Positions 1 through 11,529 of a stretch of 64,000 nt of DNA are shown piece by piece. Position 1 is the first letter of the stretch; the number at the start of each line of letters is the position of its first letter. This DNA is from Balanoglossus misakiensis. Lineage: Eukaryota; Animalia; Hemichordata. Location: contig CM082583.2 in the NCBI GenBank assembly GCA_040954595.2, forward strand, positions 94,542-158,541, given 5' to 3'. A program made the translations under genes and the position numbers. The notes under the pieces are model-generated. The model did no database searches. It worked only from the letters and a program-made list of their open reading frames with translations, and was not told where the DNA came from.

Positions 1-312
1 TATGTCCAGCTAAAGGCAAGTCATGCAGGAAGTGTGGCAAACCTAACTATTTTGCCAAATGCTACCGATCAAAAGGCAAGGCAAATAGGGTAGACAAGGA
101 TGAAACTGTCAAAGCTGTGCATAAAGTGGAAGACAGCTCGGGAGATGAATACTGCTTCACTGTACAACAATCAAATGGCAGGAGGCCTCAAGTAACAGTG
201 CAGATAGAACAAACAGCAGTTGCCTCACTGATCGACCCTGGTTCTACAATAAACATGATGAGTGTAAACACATACAACAACCTAAAGAACAAACCCATGT
301 GGCAAACAGAAA
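1..312 (+). mobile_element. Gypsy gag knuckle/protease fragment
   Basis: Identical to 34169-34480. Confidence 0.85.
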
Positions 313-803
313 GCCCGTTTTACCACTGTCAGCAGTGCATTATTGAGTATTTTAGCATCGCTGGATTTAGCTCTCGTCCAATCAGAATTGCGGACGGTAG
401 CATGATATAATATAATTGAGAATAAATCTCGCGACAAGTGTACAGTTTGACAATGTACACAGATAATCCGTTTCAACAATGTTTCCTTTGTAGTGTGAAT
501 AAAACTGCACACTTTGCAAGTTTTCAACTTCAAAACACTATGGCTATTACAGAGACAAAGCTGCTAATATACAGTGTATACCTGTCATTTTTGTTTGTGG
601 TGAGATTTTCATTGGCACAGTCGCACAGAGCTCACACAAGAGGAAATTACACTTTCTGTTGAATTCACTGCATCCTGCTAACTTTAAGTCATATATCCAG
701 TGAAACATTAAGTTATAGAATTTTCCATCGCAGTATTCTGTTTTATATACATGTATAGCAGTCCCACACATATTGATTAATTTGACAAAAGAAACTGACT
801 GAC

Positions 804-919
804 AATTTTCACAGCGCTCCCAGTATAGCATCCTTGGCAGGTGCACGTCAATGCCCCACACGAGGTTAGGGTTGGCAAGTGCTGCCATTTTGACATGGGT
901 TGTTAGCACTGATCAATTC
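804..919 (-). pseudogene. EGF exon E12, degenerate (IDQC*..NPCQNGSTCQP..TCTCQGCYTG..CE)
   Basis: gtag acceptor and gtcagt donor; 116 bp with a stop and frameshifts. Confidence 0.75.
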
Positions 920-1329
920 CTACGCATGACAGAAAAATGAAGAATTAGGCTATGGGCCGGACCTGCCTATCGTTTCAAAATGCACTCTGTATATTAAGGT
1001 TTATTTCTTTTACATAAAAACAAGTCTTCTTGCTCTAATATGATAAAAGAAAAAAAACTTCAACTTAAATATTGCGTCCTCAGAGGTAATATCGAGCCCT
1101 AAAAATCAGGTATGCTAATGCGGTTAAAGGTCGTGCAGTTCTCCTTATAACAAGCGATCTTATTGGTGGTTACGTGACTGCACCAATCACAGAATGCGTT
1201 ATGTCACTCAGCAATTACACACGCAGGGCAAACTATCAGGCAGCTACATGTATGCTAGTATACATGTTACAGAAGATTAAACAGAATTGTTGGTAAGGAA
1301 AGTTTGAGCAGACTAGTCCATTCAATGTA

Positions 1330-2847
1330 AAAAATGGTGCTGATTCCAAAAAAGTCAGTCTTATTGACCCCTTTCAAGACAAAATTGCCATTTTTGCCAC
1401 TTTTAACCCAAAAGGTCATTTAAAAAACACTCAAAACACACTGTTTTCATCACATTCGGAGATCTGATGACATTTGAGGATTATGCGGAAACAGTGACAC
1501 ACCAGAATAAAAATTACAGGTGACATTTGCAAGCAGATATGATCTGACCATATAGAAATATGGAATGTAAAAACATTAACAAGGAACATGCCCAATAAAC
1601 TATCATGTGTCATGGCAGTCTTACAAGTGGTGCTAGAAAAAAAAATGACCAAAAATTGTCTGTACAAACACATATGCGAAGCAACTTCTTTCAGTCATCC
1701 CTGGAACAGACACACACTGACCTGCCACTGGTAATTAAAATTTGATAGCTGGTGGTCTCTGTAACAGCTGGCCTATTTAAGTTATGTAAACATGTCTTTG
1801 TTCGAGGTAACAACTCCTTGTAAATAGTAACTTTAAAAACAACTGGACAATTTGTTTAGGAGAAGATTTGCTAACCAAAAACTAAGAAACTTACCAAAAA
1901 AACTCGCTAAATATTTAATCTTTCTGATCTCAGAACTGAATAAAAGTTGCACATATACAGGTATGTGTTATGAAATTATATCCTAAATTTCAAAGCAATC
2001 AGAGAAAAAACTAATTTCAAAGCAATCCAACAAGCAGTTTCACAGAAAATATTTGTTCAAAAGTGGCAAAAACACAAATATGCAAATATCACCAAAATTG
2101 TACAATATCTTACTTCAATCACTACAAGGAACATGCTGCCTAAGTTCAATGCAATAGGACAAGCGGTTTCAGAGAAAACAATTTTTGACAAAAATTGCAA
2201 AAGTTTCCCCGATAACACATTTATGCAAATATCTTTTTTTTTACAACATATTATTTAGGTTACCCCTACGAACATGCCTACCAAATTGGAAAGCAATCTG
2301 GCATGACGTTTTAAAGAAAAACATTTTTTGACCAAAAATGGCAAATATTGCTCAAAATTATAGATATGCAAATTTTGCAACAATTTGAACAAAACTATGG
2401 TTACTTAGACAACATTAGGAGGCTTCATACTAAATTTCAAAGACTTTTTACCAATAACATGGAAAAATACAAAAAAATGCAAAAAAAATAGGAAATCGAT
2501 AATATTAGCTCAAAACATACAGGATTGTATGAGGTTGATATAAGGTACATGCATACCAATTTTCAAATCAATATGACCAGTGGTTGTCCAGTTTTTAAGT
2601 TTTGACCAATTTCACATTTTCCCAGCTAATTTGCATATTTTTGGCAATGACATCTTCATTTGAACAAACTCCCATCTACAGCCCTGCCTGCATCTACACG
2701 CCAAATATCGAGGTCATACGCGCTGCGGTTTTCAAGTTTTCGATGTGGACGGACATACAGACATACATCCATCCATCCATCCATCCATACATACAGACGT
2801 AACCAATCCCATAAGGTCCCATGGTACATACCAATGGGACCTAAAAA
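1330..2847 (+). mobile_element. Helentron/HINE-like repeat: degenerate ~140-bp tandem monomers, (CATC/CATA)n microsatellite, 3' hairpin (copied in all units)
   Basis: Recurring GGAACATGC..AAATT..AAAGCAAT..TATGCAAAT modules at 1980-2400, microsatellite at 2750-2797, hairpin AGGTCCCAT-GGTA-CA-TACC-A-ATGGGACCT at 2814-2842 followed by A5. The left end is uncertain. Confidence 0.5.
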
Positions 2848-2859
2848 CTTGTGACTTAC

Positions 2860-2982
2860 ATGTAACACATGTTTGCCCAGTGTAGCAGGTTGGACAGTTG
2901 CAGGTGTAGATTGAGCAGGAGCCTTGAAGTGGCTGATACACTCCGTTATTCAGACATGGGTTTAGAAGACACTGGTTGATCG
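2860..2982 (-). CDS. EGF exon E11: INQCLLNPCLNNGVYQPLQGSCSIYTCNCPTCYTGQTCVT (third Cys to Tyr)
   Basis: 123 bp, ttag acceptor and gtaagt donor, phase 1-1, open frame. Confidence 0.8.
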
Positions 2983-3179
2983 CTAAGGGTGAGAGAAATG
3001 AAAAGTATCACATTAGGGTCTTACACACTTGAGTGGGAAGTGAAATCTGTAGCAGACTGTCAGAAGATTGCACATCCGTGTGATCATGTTCATGTGTGAA
3101 GGATAATGAAGACCACTTGATCCAAGCTTGGTGCTACCATCTTTATCATAATTACAGCATCTTATAATATTTACTAGTT

Positions 3180-3206
3180 GGGGGTGGGGTGGGGTGGGGG
3201 TGGGGG
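3180..3206 (+). repeat. (GGGGT)n G-tract, potential G-quadruplex (also at 18037, 37348, 52251)
   Basis: Five G4-5 runs separated by single T residues. Confidence 0.8.
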
Positions 3207-3430
3207 TAGTTGATGTCATAACTTTCTGATGTTTCAATTTACGGTTGGAAAAATAGCAACATCTACTCTGATGAGCATTTGAGTCAATGAAAGTATACAT
3301 CATGGCTACGGTAGTGCATATAAGTCTCTTGGTTAGCTGCACAATCACAGGCAACTTTATTGAGACAATATCAATGACAAAGCCCAGCGATTTCTACTTT
3401 GTGCGGCAAATCTGACACTGGTTTGCTTAC

Positions 3431-3547
3431 GTTCAGCGCACGTGGTTCCGATGAAACAGCGCGAACTCTGGCATCTGAACTCGGTGCAGGACACTTGCTG
3501 GCAGAATCCACTGTTTAGACAAGGGTTGGGCTGACACGGATTCAAAT
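3431..3547 (-). CDS. EGF exon E10: LNPCQPNPCLNSGFCQQVSCTEFRCQSSRCFIGTTCAE (one Cys to Ser)
   Basis: 117 bp, cag acceptor and gtaagc donor, phase 1-1, open frame. Confidence 0.8.
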
Positions 3548-3931
3548 CTGTGCACAGAAGAGAAAGTGATATAAATTGTGTACAGTTAATATTTACTACA
3601 TATACTTTAAACAGATTTGTGCAGTCAGGGTTGAGTGGTAAAAATCTCAGTTGGTCAACAGAACATCACTGTGACAAATTTCTTCCATGTTCAACAAAAG
3701 AAACGTAATGAAATTTTGACACAGGTGTAATAGTGTCTTAGTGTACCATACGGTGCAGGTTGTTGTTTGGTCAAATACACAATCCCCTTTTATGGCACAC
3801 ACATTCTTAATAAATTTCCCCAAAATTGTGTCGTTATTCACTGTTTGATACAGGTTGGAAGAAACCAACTGCAAGCCGATTATGTGTTATGTTATTATGT
3901 TCCTCTTCATCTGAAATTTAAAATCACTCAC

Positions 3932-4054
3932 ATGTCTGACATAAATCGCCGGAGTAACAGCTTGTACAGGAGCATGTGAATTCAGTACACCAATTGGGCG
4001 TCAGCACACAGTTTCCACCATTCTGACACTGGATGGGTTGACACTGGTTGACAG
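3932..4054 (-). CDS. EGF exon E9: VNQCQPIQCQNGGNCVLTPNWCTEFTCSCTSCYSGDLCQT (8 Cys)
   Basis: 123 bp, cag acceptor and gtgagt donor, open frame. Not in the ORF track; translated by hand. Confidence 0.82.
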
Positions 4055-4349
4055 CTGTGGGATGTGCAGTCAAGATATTGTCAAAATTACAGAATCTACA
4101 AACTACACTCCACAGTTATGTACATGTATACATGACAACAACCAAAGGGCTGTTTTGAAAAACCAAATGCTGTGAAATCCTTTAGAGTGTGACAAGAAAC
4201 CACAGTTGCAACCGAAAACAAAAATAGTGATAACATTAAGCTAGCCCAAAGTTTGAGTTACCAGGGCTTTAATATGTGTACCGTACTTATATTATATAAT
4301 ACATAACAAGTGTTTTGCATTGAATAAAATAATATTGGTTTGTACTTAC

Positions 4350-4468
4350 GCATTGTACATGTGGCACCAGTGAAGCATTCGGTACACATACAGTCAAACA
4401 GGAAACAGCCGTCTCGCGCAACGCATGTGCACCATTTTGACAAGGCATAGAGTATAACTGATCAATGG
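4350..4468 (-). pseudogene. EGF exon E8: IDQLYSMPCQNGGTCVARDGCFLFDCMCTECFTGATCTM (1-bp deletion in A units; 120 bp and open in B units)
   Basis: cag acceptor and gtaagt donor. A units read ...atgtgcaccatt; B units read ...atgtgccaccatt. Confidence 0.82.
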
Positions 4469-4861
4469 CTGCCAAAACAAAAATGAAAGTATCAATTACC
4501 TGCTTGTCAAAAACTTGTACATGTACTTGTGATGTTCATTTCGTTTAAATATGTGAGCAATGTCTTCATTCCTTGTTTCAAACCTGTACATTTAAAATAA
4601 CATAATGATGCTATTGCTAGGATTTTTCTGTAAGAATCTTGAAAAATTAAAAAATGTGCCGTCAACATGATACAGAAGGCTTTCCTTTTTAACGTGCACA
4701 TCACACTCAATTTTGACCCTACATCAGCAAATTTTGAAAGGATGAAACTTAGTAATGCTTCCACCCCATTTATTGGTGTATGGGTCCATCTATCACATTG
4801 AGAATACCAAAAATGAGGGTTTATATACCACGCTGTGTCATAAAACAGTAATTCGACACAC

Positions 4862-4984
4862 CTACGGCACAGATGGCCCCAGTCCAACACTACTGGCAGT
4901 AACAGGTGTAGTCAGTATAAGAATTTGGTGTTTGGGAACAATAGCCTCCATTTTGACACGGATTCTGATCACATGGGTTAATGA
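4862..4984 (-). pseudogene. EGF exon E7: INPCDQNPCQNGGYCSQTPNSYTDYTCYCQ*CWTGAICAV
   Basis: 123 bp, tag acceptor and gtgtgt donor; in-frame TAG in all four copies. Confidence 0.8.
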
Positions 4985-5155
4985 CTATCAGAAAAAAAAT
5001 AGTTTAAAAAACATGAAATGCAGATGGCTACACCTCAACCAAAGATGATTCCTGCACCACAACAAAATCCTTTGACACAAGCATTATACTGGAACCATAC
5101 CCAGAACACGCATTAAGTATATGATGAAGGGACAATGTCTCTATTTTGGGTAATA

Positions 5156-5210
5156 CAGTAAAACCTGTCTTTATGGACACCTCTCTAATCAGAACACCTA
5201 GTAAGATTGA
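5156..5210 (+). mobile_element. Possible Tc1/mariner-pogo MITE terminus
   Basis: TA|CAGTAAAACCTGTC...GGACACCTCTCTAAT resembles Tc1/mariner termini; I found no clear matching right end. Confidence 0.4.
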
Positions 5211-6017
5211 TTTTTCAAGCCAAATAGTAAGGATAATTAAGGATGTCTCTTTTACTTAATACTCAGATGTGTGCACCACCTTAGGAGAGATTACCTCATA
5301 TGCACAATTATCTCTACAGACACTAGTCTTCAAGAGGCAACTCTTGTATATTTGAGTGATGAAAACATCCAGCTTCGTACACTTCCTCACAAGTTCGTGC
5401 CTATCCTAAATTGCACGGACATACAAATGAAATTTCTGTTTTCTTTTCTCTTGTGGAAATTTTAGAAATGAGAAGTTACCACACAATTCAATTGCCATGA
5501 AGAGAAAGTGCCCAAAAGATTGTCATTTACGGTACGTCAGAAACAGGTATATGCCGTGCAGGAGTTGGCCACTGCATTACATACAGCCCCGTTGAGACAG
5601 CTGTTTCGCTGGTATGGATCTTGGACTGCAATAAAAAGTGCAACCTAATGTTATCTCAGCAATATTTACTTTCAAAATCTGTTTGATAAAAACATCATCA
5701 TTACCATTACTGTAAATACTGAACGGAACTTCACTTCCAAAAACAACTTGCTCATTCTGGGACGCACTTGTGGGGCTATGAAAATCTCTGTATATGTATC
5801 TTGTGTAGGGAAAATTTTCATGAACGATCAACATTTTTTTCTTCAAATAAACATGTTTTCTTTCAGTTGTACATCATTTTTGAGGTGAACGATTCCCAAG
5901 GCCCAAGGTGTGATGCTGAAGATGAAAATATAAAGTATGACCAACAGACAATGTATTGAGACATGATTGTAAATGTTAGTTCCTGCATGACAAAATGTTT
6001 GTTTTAATGAGTTTTAC

Positions 6018-6134
6018 ACTGGCTGCAGTGTGTGCCGGTGAAACATCCTGGACAAGTACACTCATAAGTTGTACACGACAGCCGAGTACACTGCCCATTG
6101 TTCAGGCATGGACTTGGCCTACATGGAGTTTGTT
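6018..6134 (-). CDS. EGF exon E5: QTPCRPSPCLNNGQCTRLSCTTYECTCPGCFTGTHCSQ (8 Cys)
   Basis: 117 bp, cag acceptor and weak gtaaaa donor, open frame. Confidence 0.8.
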
Positions 6135-6449
6135 CTGTTTCAATGGAATGAAAATAAATAAATAGTAGTGACATAAGTTTTTAGGGTATGACCATTTCCT
6201 TAATTCCTACAGCTGTGGTTCTATCGGGTTCTCCTATAACTAAGCCTCCTTAATGTATAACTGAACAATAAGAATTACTTATTATACTTTTGGGAGTTTA
6301 GGACTTAGTAATTGCAAAAAAGACTCAATTCCTGAAAGTGCCTATTTGGTTTGTCACATCCTAAATATACAGGTAATTTCATAGCTGCCAGCTATGACAA
6401 ATATACCGGTATGAGGGGGGAAAAACAGTTCCTCGTCTGATAAATTTAC

Positions 6450-6572
6450 CTTGGTCACAGGTGATTCCAATGATACAGCCTTGACAGCGACAGGTAAACG
6501 CACTGCACGATCCACTGATTGGCTCACAGATACCGTTGTTCATGCACGGATTGGGAGAACATTGATCGAGTC
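6450..6572 (-). CDS. EGF exon E4: LDQCSPNPCMNNGICEPISGSCSAFTCRCQGCIIGITCDQ (8 Cys)
   Basis: 123 bp, cag acceptor and gtaaat donor, open frame. Confidence 0.82.
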
Positions 6573-7059
6573 CTGGGGGTTGCATGTAAATCAACCAACA
6601 ATTGCATATTAACATCACAAGTCATTTCACTATTTTTTCATTCCAAACTTAAAAGATTGCTTGTAACTTGCTGAACAAATATTCATATGGACAGACTATT
6701 CTAGCTTGGAACAGGCAAAATCAAGGGTGCCCTGACGCCCAACTTTTAAGAGCAGTTCATTTACTGAAACTGCCAGCACCCAATATTATCCCACATGTAA
6801 TCAATATGTGGAAATCAAATACATCTGTAACAGTTTTAATTTACCATGTGGGTATTTGCATGGAGGGCCATGGTATTTGTTACCTACTGATAAAATACCC
6901 TTCAAAACAATATCCTCATTTCTTCAGAAGTTTGGCAACAAGACCAATAAAGTTTCACATCAAAATTTACAATGTATAAATAAGCTTAAAAGATCTACGG
7001 AATGAAGATGGCTTGTTTGTTTGCAGGGTGTCTTGAAAGTATATACTCACTTGTTTGAC

Positions 7060-7944
7060 CATGGACCCTAGAGAAAGAAGGACGCGCAACTCCATTTTTT
7101 TCTTGAAATGATGTTCTTTTGCATACATTATTTCCAGATAAATCCCAATAATCCAATTTGCAAATAAACTGTGTATAAACTAACGCAAAGTCTCGTGTTT
7201 TGTGTGAAGTTATCACAACACCTCAGAACATCTCGCAGAAGACGAGAAAACTGCAACGTGGTTGAACGCAGCGATTATTTATGGAACACATCTGGACAAG
7301 TTAAACAGGAATTTGAATCTGAGTCTGACAGCGTCCAAAACAAGCATCTTTTGTCTAACAGTCCGGGTATTTCACAAGGCTGTGAGCTAACCGTACCGAG
7401 GGTTGCCTGGCGGCCATAGTGCACACATGATAATCCACCCAGTTTGTTTACAAATTGTTTTCGTGAAATCTGTTTTATTGTTCACGCACTGCGAAATAAA
7501 ATGCCCCTAAACCACAATTTTTATTTCAATGCTTCACGCAAACATAAAATTATTACGAAAAGTGTCAGCGTTACTAAGAAATATGAGTGCCCAGTCGGAC
7601 ATGCAAAAAACATGGATGATTTGTTTACAATTTTTAAATGAAGCTTGTGGCACTAGAAATGACCGTTCAACCGACAGACGAACACCAAACCATAATAATT
7701 AGCACAGACATCGTAATACTTTTAGAATTTTAGAAAAAAACGCAGTGGCTGCTGAAATGCAGTAGTGCCAGTTTGGTGGCAAGTTTTCGTATCACTGGTG
7801 GGGTCGACACGTGCCGAAGTAAGGAAGTCATTGTCCGACTGTCCTGGGTGTTAATTATATACAAAAAAACATCATCATACAGATAATCCCCAAACCCTTC
7901 GATCTTTGCCGCAGTTGCTCGCCCTTCTTTCTCTAGGGTCTATG
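7060..7944. mobile_element. Non-autonomous TIR element, P-superfamily-like, 885 bp (copies at 21961-22845, 41274-42158, 56175-57059)
   Basis: TIRs of about 32 bp, CAT(G/A)GACCCTAGAGAAAGAAGG..GCAACT; perfect 7-bp TSD GTTTGAC at 7053-7059 and 7945-7951. CANRG termini with a 7-8 bp TSD are typical of P elements. Confidence 0.85.
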
Positions 7945-8059
7945 GTTTGACAGATGTCACCTGTGTAAGAGTTCACACACTGGCATGAATAGAAATTGCA
8001 CGATGTTTGCTGGCAAAATCCACCATTCATACATGGGTTGGGATCACAGGGGTTTTGCA
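7945..8059 (-). pseudogene. EGF exon E3: QNPCDPNPCMNGGFCQQTSCNFYSCQCVNSYTGDICQT, separated from its last 2 nt and donor (7045-7052) by a MITE
   Basis: Removing 7060-7944 and one TSD restores a 117-bp exon ending CAA ACA A|gtgagt. Confidence 0.85.
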
Positions 8060-9571
8060 CTGGAAATTAAGAAAGGACGCCATTTTATTCCTTGCTACTC
8101 ATTCTACAGTACAGATATGGCAAAAACCTTGCAGAATTATGGCAAGGGTGTGTGGAGTGATTGTGCCTACAACTTATATTAGGCTGGTATCAAGTTGTTC
8201 ACACCTCCATAGATCACATGGCAGTGACTGTGAGGCAAGGGCTTCCCTTCATGAAATCAAAGACCTGTGTACTGGAGGAGGGTTCCTTGCAAATGCTTGA
8301 CTTGACTTCAAGCACACCTGTAGACTCATATGTAAATTTACACGATCTGGCCTGGAGAGAGAATTTCCATAGTGGATGTGTGTTGACAAAAGGCAGTAAA
8401 ATTGGCCAGTCGCGCATAATGTTTCTTGAACCAAGACAATCAAGACATTATGCGCCACGAAAGTGATTTTGAAGCTCAAGAAGTGCAGGTGACTGATGTT
8501 GACGTACCCCGGTGACGTACATGAAAAGTGAACAGACAGTTTTAAAATTCATCGGCTATTTGTACAAATATCTCAGCTCCTGTACATCAAGGAAACATTT
8601 CGTAGTGAAACAGTTATATATAACACAAAGTACCAGGGTTCTCTCCCACAGGCCGACTTCTCGTACTGGCCGAGACCGACTTCTCATACTGGTTGACTTC
8701 TCAGGACACCATGTATAGCTAGCTGTTGAACTCAAAAAATATGTAAAACTACAAGTGATGTAAACAACTTGTGGAACCATGTTCAAATCGAGACAAGAAG
8801 AAAAGGGATTTCAAGACTTACCTCCTTCAGCACTTTACTGCCCTGTAGCGCACTGTGTGACACTTGTAGTTGTGCATTCATAACCAGAAGGACGTGGCCG
8901 AACCTAGCGAGTATGAACCTATCACAGAAAAAATTCAAAGAACGATTTTTACCACCATGGTTTGGTCCAACGATCCCTTATTAGAGAGATGTCCGTAATC
9001 ACAGGTTTTACTGTACAATACCTCTTCAGTGGAATCATTGTGTTTTTCAAAGTGCATCACAATATCAACTCCAATAAGCATAACAGTTTAATTTTCTGTG
9101 TATGCCATGCTATAACACAGGGAAGTCACAAGAGTGATTTGCAGCCCAACTTACCAGTAACTGTTGAACAATCCACTACGGGTGACATGGTTGGACACTT
9201 GGATCCCGCTGGACAAGGCGTGCATGTGCCGTCGCCTTCCATAGCATATTCACCATTGCCACAGTCGAGCGGATCTTACATTGGATCTGAACACGATTGT
9301 CCAGCAGGGCACAGAAGACAGGATGTGCGTGCAGGCTCCTCACTTATTTCATCTGATTAAAGAAAATGAGGTTTTTAGTGATGTATTTGTGATACAGTGT
9401 CATTTAAAATAACAAATTACTTGAGATGATTCACTTCATAATTCTGAGACAAGTATACAGGCATGTAGAAAATTCTTTGGAGGACATTAAACGTCATTTC
9501 TAATCAACCATGTTCTGAATATCATAAGACTCTGCGAGATCTCACATGGCTAACCGGGTCTCGCAAGATCT

Positions 9572-9692
9572 CGCACTGAGTTGATAATCTGTTGTAAACA
9601 CATACATACATACACACACACACATACCCCCAGTCGCACTGACTTGAAAATCTGTTGTAAACACATACATGCATACACACATACCCCTCAGT
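9572..9692. repeat. Two-copy ~60-bp tandem repeat containing a CA/CATA microsatellite (intronic)
   Basis: CGCACTGA.TTGA.AATCTGTTGTAAACACATACAT...CACATACCCC.CAGT occurs twice. Confidence 0.8.
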
Positions 9693-10675
9693 TTCATCAC
9701 ACAGCAAACTGAACAAGTACCACAATCTTACCATTTTTACATCTGGTACAGTTTGTTGCACCAGCCAATGACACGTAACCCTTGGTACACTTGAATTGCG
9801 ATGCACTGGGATCTATGCAGGCGTACCCTTGCTCACAAATAGTACAATGTTCAGCACCAGCTGATCTGTAAATCAAACAGAGAATTTACACACCAAGTTA
9901 ACCTTTGAATACCACTGTAAAAATTTGGTGCAAATTTTAATTATTTTCATAAATAGAGGTCTATTCAAATTTGGAAAAATTGTCATTTTTTCATTCATAT
10001 ATTATATCAGTAAATTTTAAATACAGAAATAGAAAATGATCCCATCCTATTTTTCAGTTAGTAAATTACCTGACCTAATGTTTGATGTTGGAAATAAAGG
10101 TGGGTGGGTAGAAGTTTACCTGTTATGCAAGAGGTACAGCGAGACATCCTTTGTCCAAGGCCGAACTGTAATAACCAGCCGAGCATAAAATCACAGTGTT
10201 ACCATTTGGACATTGGTTACCAGCTGGGCAATCAGCACATGATGTTTGTGCTGAAAATAAACAGAGATTTATAGAATCTTATAGTCACAGTCATACCTTC
10301 AAAGACGTGGGATTCTCACGCGGGTTGGGGAGACAAAAATCCCTGGCAAAAGATTGAGGACAGGAAAATGCCAATCCAGAGATATTGGTAACAGAAACTG
10401 TGTACAGTCAATGCCATACGGCAGTGTGCTGTTCTAACAACAGACAAGATCGTGACGATCATAGTCTGTGTCGGAGATTTGGAAAAGAGCAAATTTGGTG
10501 AAAAGACGGGACAAAACAAAAGTCTACTTATACGATGCACATGAAAACTGGATGAAAGCGAAGCAGTCCACTATTTGAATGCATTGGATGTAAAATTGGC
10601 AGAATATTTGGACTGGACGTAATGTTTGTACGCACAGAATTACGTACATGCACATAAGATGATCGTCCGCCTTAA

Positions 10676-11181
10676 AGGCACGTAAGCTGCAACTGGATAA
10701 AAAAATTAAAGTTTTAAATAATCTCATATATGCTTTTAATTATGTCTATTAAATGATATTTCATGATAATATATCAAGCTCAACACTTATTTATGACACA
10801 ATGGCCAAAAATTAAAGAAAAAACGAAAATTCCTGCAATTTAAAAAAAAGTGCAATATTGCAATGAAAAATGGAAATCTGATGTCTCAGTGGTGTACATT
10901 TACTTCCATGAGCTCAAGTGGATGAGATCATGTTTTGTTTAAGAAGTTTCACAACCGGAAATGCAACATTTTCATTGTTTCTTGCATTTTCCCAGGGTGG
11001 CGGCCATAATCGCTTGCGGCAAAGCTTTATTATTTATCTGGTTAAAACTTGCATATGCACTCATATTTAGGGTTTATAATGCTTGTGTATAGTTCACTGC
11101 CTTCATCTGCATGGACTAATGGTAGTGCAGTTTTAAACAAATATTATGAAAATTATCCCAAAAGTTACAGCTTACTTGCCT
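10676..11181. mobile_element. MITE with TTAA TSD, Kolobok-like, 506 bp (copies at 29014-29519, 44890-45395, 60884-61389)
   Basis: ttaa|AGGCACGTAAGCTGCAACT ... AGTTACAGCTTAC(G/T)TGCCT|ttaa. Confidence 0.82.
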
Positions 11182-11529
11182 TTAAGTGAAAGATTACACA
11201 GTAATGCCCAAACTTTAAGTGCTGACTCACCATCTATATTAGTGTAGTATCCATCTTCACACACCTCTGGCTCCGACATACCATCATATTGGCACTTATA
11301 CCCGGGGCAGGACAAGGCGTACAGTCTATACTTCCATTGTTGGCAAAATATCCCAGTCCGCATTGTTTTGGTGATGAGAGGCTGGCTGTTCCACACATGA
11401 AACCCCTGGACACAGCGTGCATGCTTCAGAACATGCTGAACTTTAACTTCCAGCTGCGCAGTCCTGTAGGAGTGAAGACGTCAAATATTAAGGAGGTTTA
11501 GGAGCCCTCTAGCCAGCAAACTTCATCAA

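Larger units (their letters stand above)
804..8059 (-). pseudogene. Array of 10 phase-1 EGF-like exons (multi-EGF protein fragment), U1
   Basis: AG/GT-bounded exons of about 116-123 bp, each encoding a C-x4-C-x-N-x-G-x-C...C-x-C...G-x2-C module. Several carry stops, frameshifts or lost cysteines. Confidence 0.88.
8822..11463 (-). pseudogene. Five decayed exons of a CPAG-type Cys-rich repeat protein (GCC2/GCC3 or ephrin-receptor-like repeats), U1: 11231-11463, 10120-10250, 9732-9865, 9155-9352, 8822-8918
   Basis: Hand translations include SCADCPAGNQCPNG..LCSAGYYS, HCTICEQGYACIDP..KCTKGYVSLAGATNCTRC and SCLLCPAGQSCSDPM*DPLDCGNGEYAMEGDGTCTPCPAGSKCP. Ends are AG/GT; four of the five exons have stops or frameshifts. 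Confidence 0.82.

Noticed and set aside
8962-9360. 132-aa plus-strand ORF repeated in all units
   Set aside because: It is the antisense shadow of minus-strand CPAG exon 9155-9352; its recurrence only reflects recent duplication.
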